Source: the human T2T-CHM13v2.0 reference genome, Homo sapiens. From it: 64,000 nucleotides of DNA. Both the position numbers and the translations under genes were made by a program. Location: NCBI RefSeq assembly GCF_009914755.1, contig NC_060943.1; one strand, written 5' to 3'. Under the pieces are notes generated by a model that worked only from the letters and a program-made list of their open reading frames with translations, had not been told where the DNA came from and did not search any database. Positions 60,153 through 64,000 of the stretch are shown here, one piece after another. Numbering within the stretch: position 1 is the stretch's first letter; each line of letters starts with the position of its first letter.

Positions 60153-60380
60153 CCGGCAGCCGGCCGGGCCTCGGTTTCCCCATCTGTCAAAGAAAAGGGA
60201 CCCGGCTGCCCGCGTCGAAGCCGCCGGCCCTGCTGTGGCACGACCTGGACGCGTGCCACGGACGTGCTCTGTGACCTTGGCTCTGGCTGGGCGGTGGTTC
60301 TTGCTGAGCCTCAGTTTCCTTTTCTGCAGAAAGGCAGCGGTAATGCCGCCTTCCTGAGGGAAGCCATTCTTGTGACACAT
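60153..60380 (-). CDS. TLE5: TLE5 alternative upstream first exon (MCHKNGFPQE...GPAGCR, 76 aa; would give a 264-aa isoform)
   Basis: ATG at 60380, open for 228 nt to CGG|GTAGGA, phase 0 compatible with exon 2; matches my recollection of the long AES isoform. Confidence 0.75.
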
Positions 60381-61044
60381 TTATAGAACGCCTACTGTGT
60401 GCCAGGCCCCGCTGCTCCAGGGCCCTGGGGTGGGGCGGGGGGGGGGTGGGTCCCTGCCCTGGTGGTGGTGCCTGGAGACAGACAGAGACAAATTCACAAG
60501 CTGAATTCCTGGCAGGTCAGATGGTGGGGACAGTTCTGCAGAAAAACCAGCCGGGAGAATGGCAGGGTAGGAAGGTGCAAAGTTAAAGAGGTGGGAGGGA
60601 GGATCAGAGACGGCTTCCTCCACCCCTAAAGCGACCTGAAGAAGGAGGGAGAACAGGGGGATGGGGTACAGAGGTAGTCAGAGGCAGGACCAACAGGTGC
60701 AAAGGCCCTGGGGCAGGACTGTGCCTGGCAGCAGAGTGCCCGGGGGGAGGTCAGGAAGGCCGGAGGGAGGCAGGGCCGGGGGCTTCGTGCTTTTGTCCAG
60801 GGCCCCCCCACCCCACAGCAGGGCTTGTGCTTGGGTTAATATTTACTGCTGCATTTTGAGATTCCTAATCATTTTTGAACAAGGGGCCTTTGAGTTTTCT
60901 TTTGCACTGGGCCCTGCTAACTCTGTAGCTGGTGAAGCAGGCCAGTCCAGCAAAGACTTGTGGGTCATGGGGAGGACTTGGGATTTTGCTCTGAGTGAGG
61001 TAGGAGCCCTGGAAGGCTGTGGGAGGAGGAGGGACGGGACCTGG

Positions 61045-64000
<2,956 letters not shown>

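Overview
Primate, almost certainly human, genomic DNA. It is GC-rich and very dense in Alu elements, and matches the TLE2/TLE5 locus on 19p13.3. Two Groucho/TLE co-repressor genes lie in tandem on the minus strand. TLE5 (AES/GRG5) is complete: 7 coding exons, 197 aa, plus a longer alternative first exon. TLE2 is present from exon 1 to exon 17; exons 18-20 run off the left edge. I checked every listed exon by hand for AG/GT boundaries and reading-frame phase. Non-obvious features: (1) a diverged, inverted genomic copy of TLE2 exon 13 with its flanking introns, sitting in TLE2 intron 17; (2) an Alu-derived alternative N-terminal exon for TLE2 with a GC donor, paralleled by a MIR-like alternative N-terminal exon for TLE5; (3) an AT-rich, non-repetitive ~130 bp island upstream of TLE2 that forms an open 78-nt phase-0 exon candidate and contains competing hairpins; (4) the TLE5 C-terminus resembles the start of TLE2 exon 10, with TAC aligned to the TAG stop; (5) a 20-bp minisatellite, a CCAAT/GC-box tandem array, and several motif-dense promoter or enhancer candidates.
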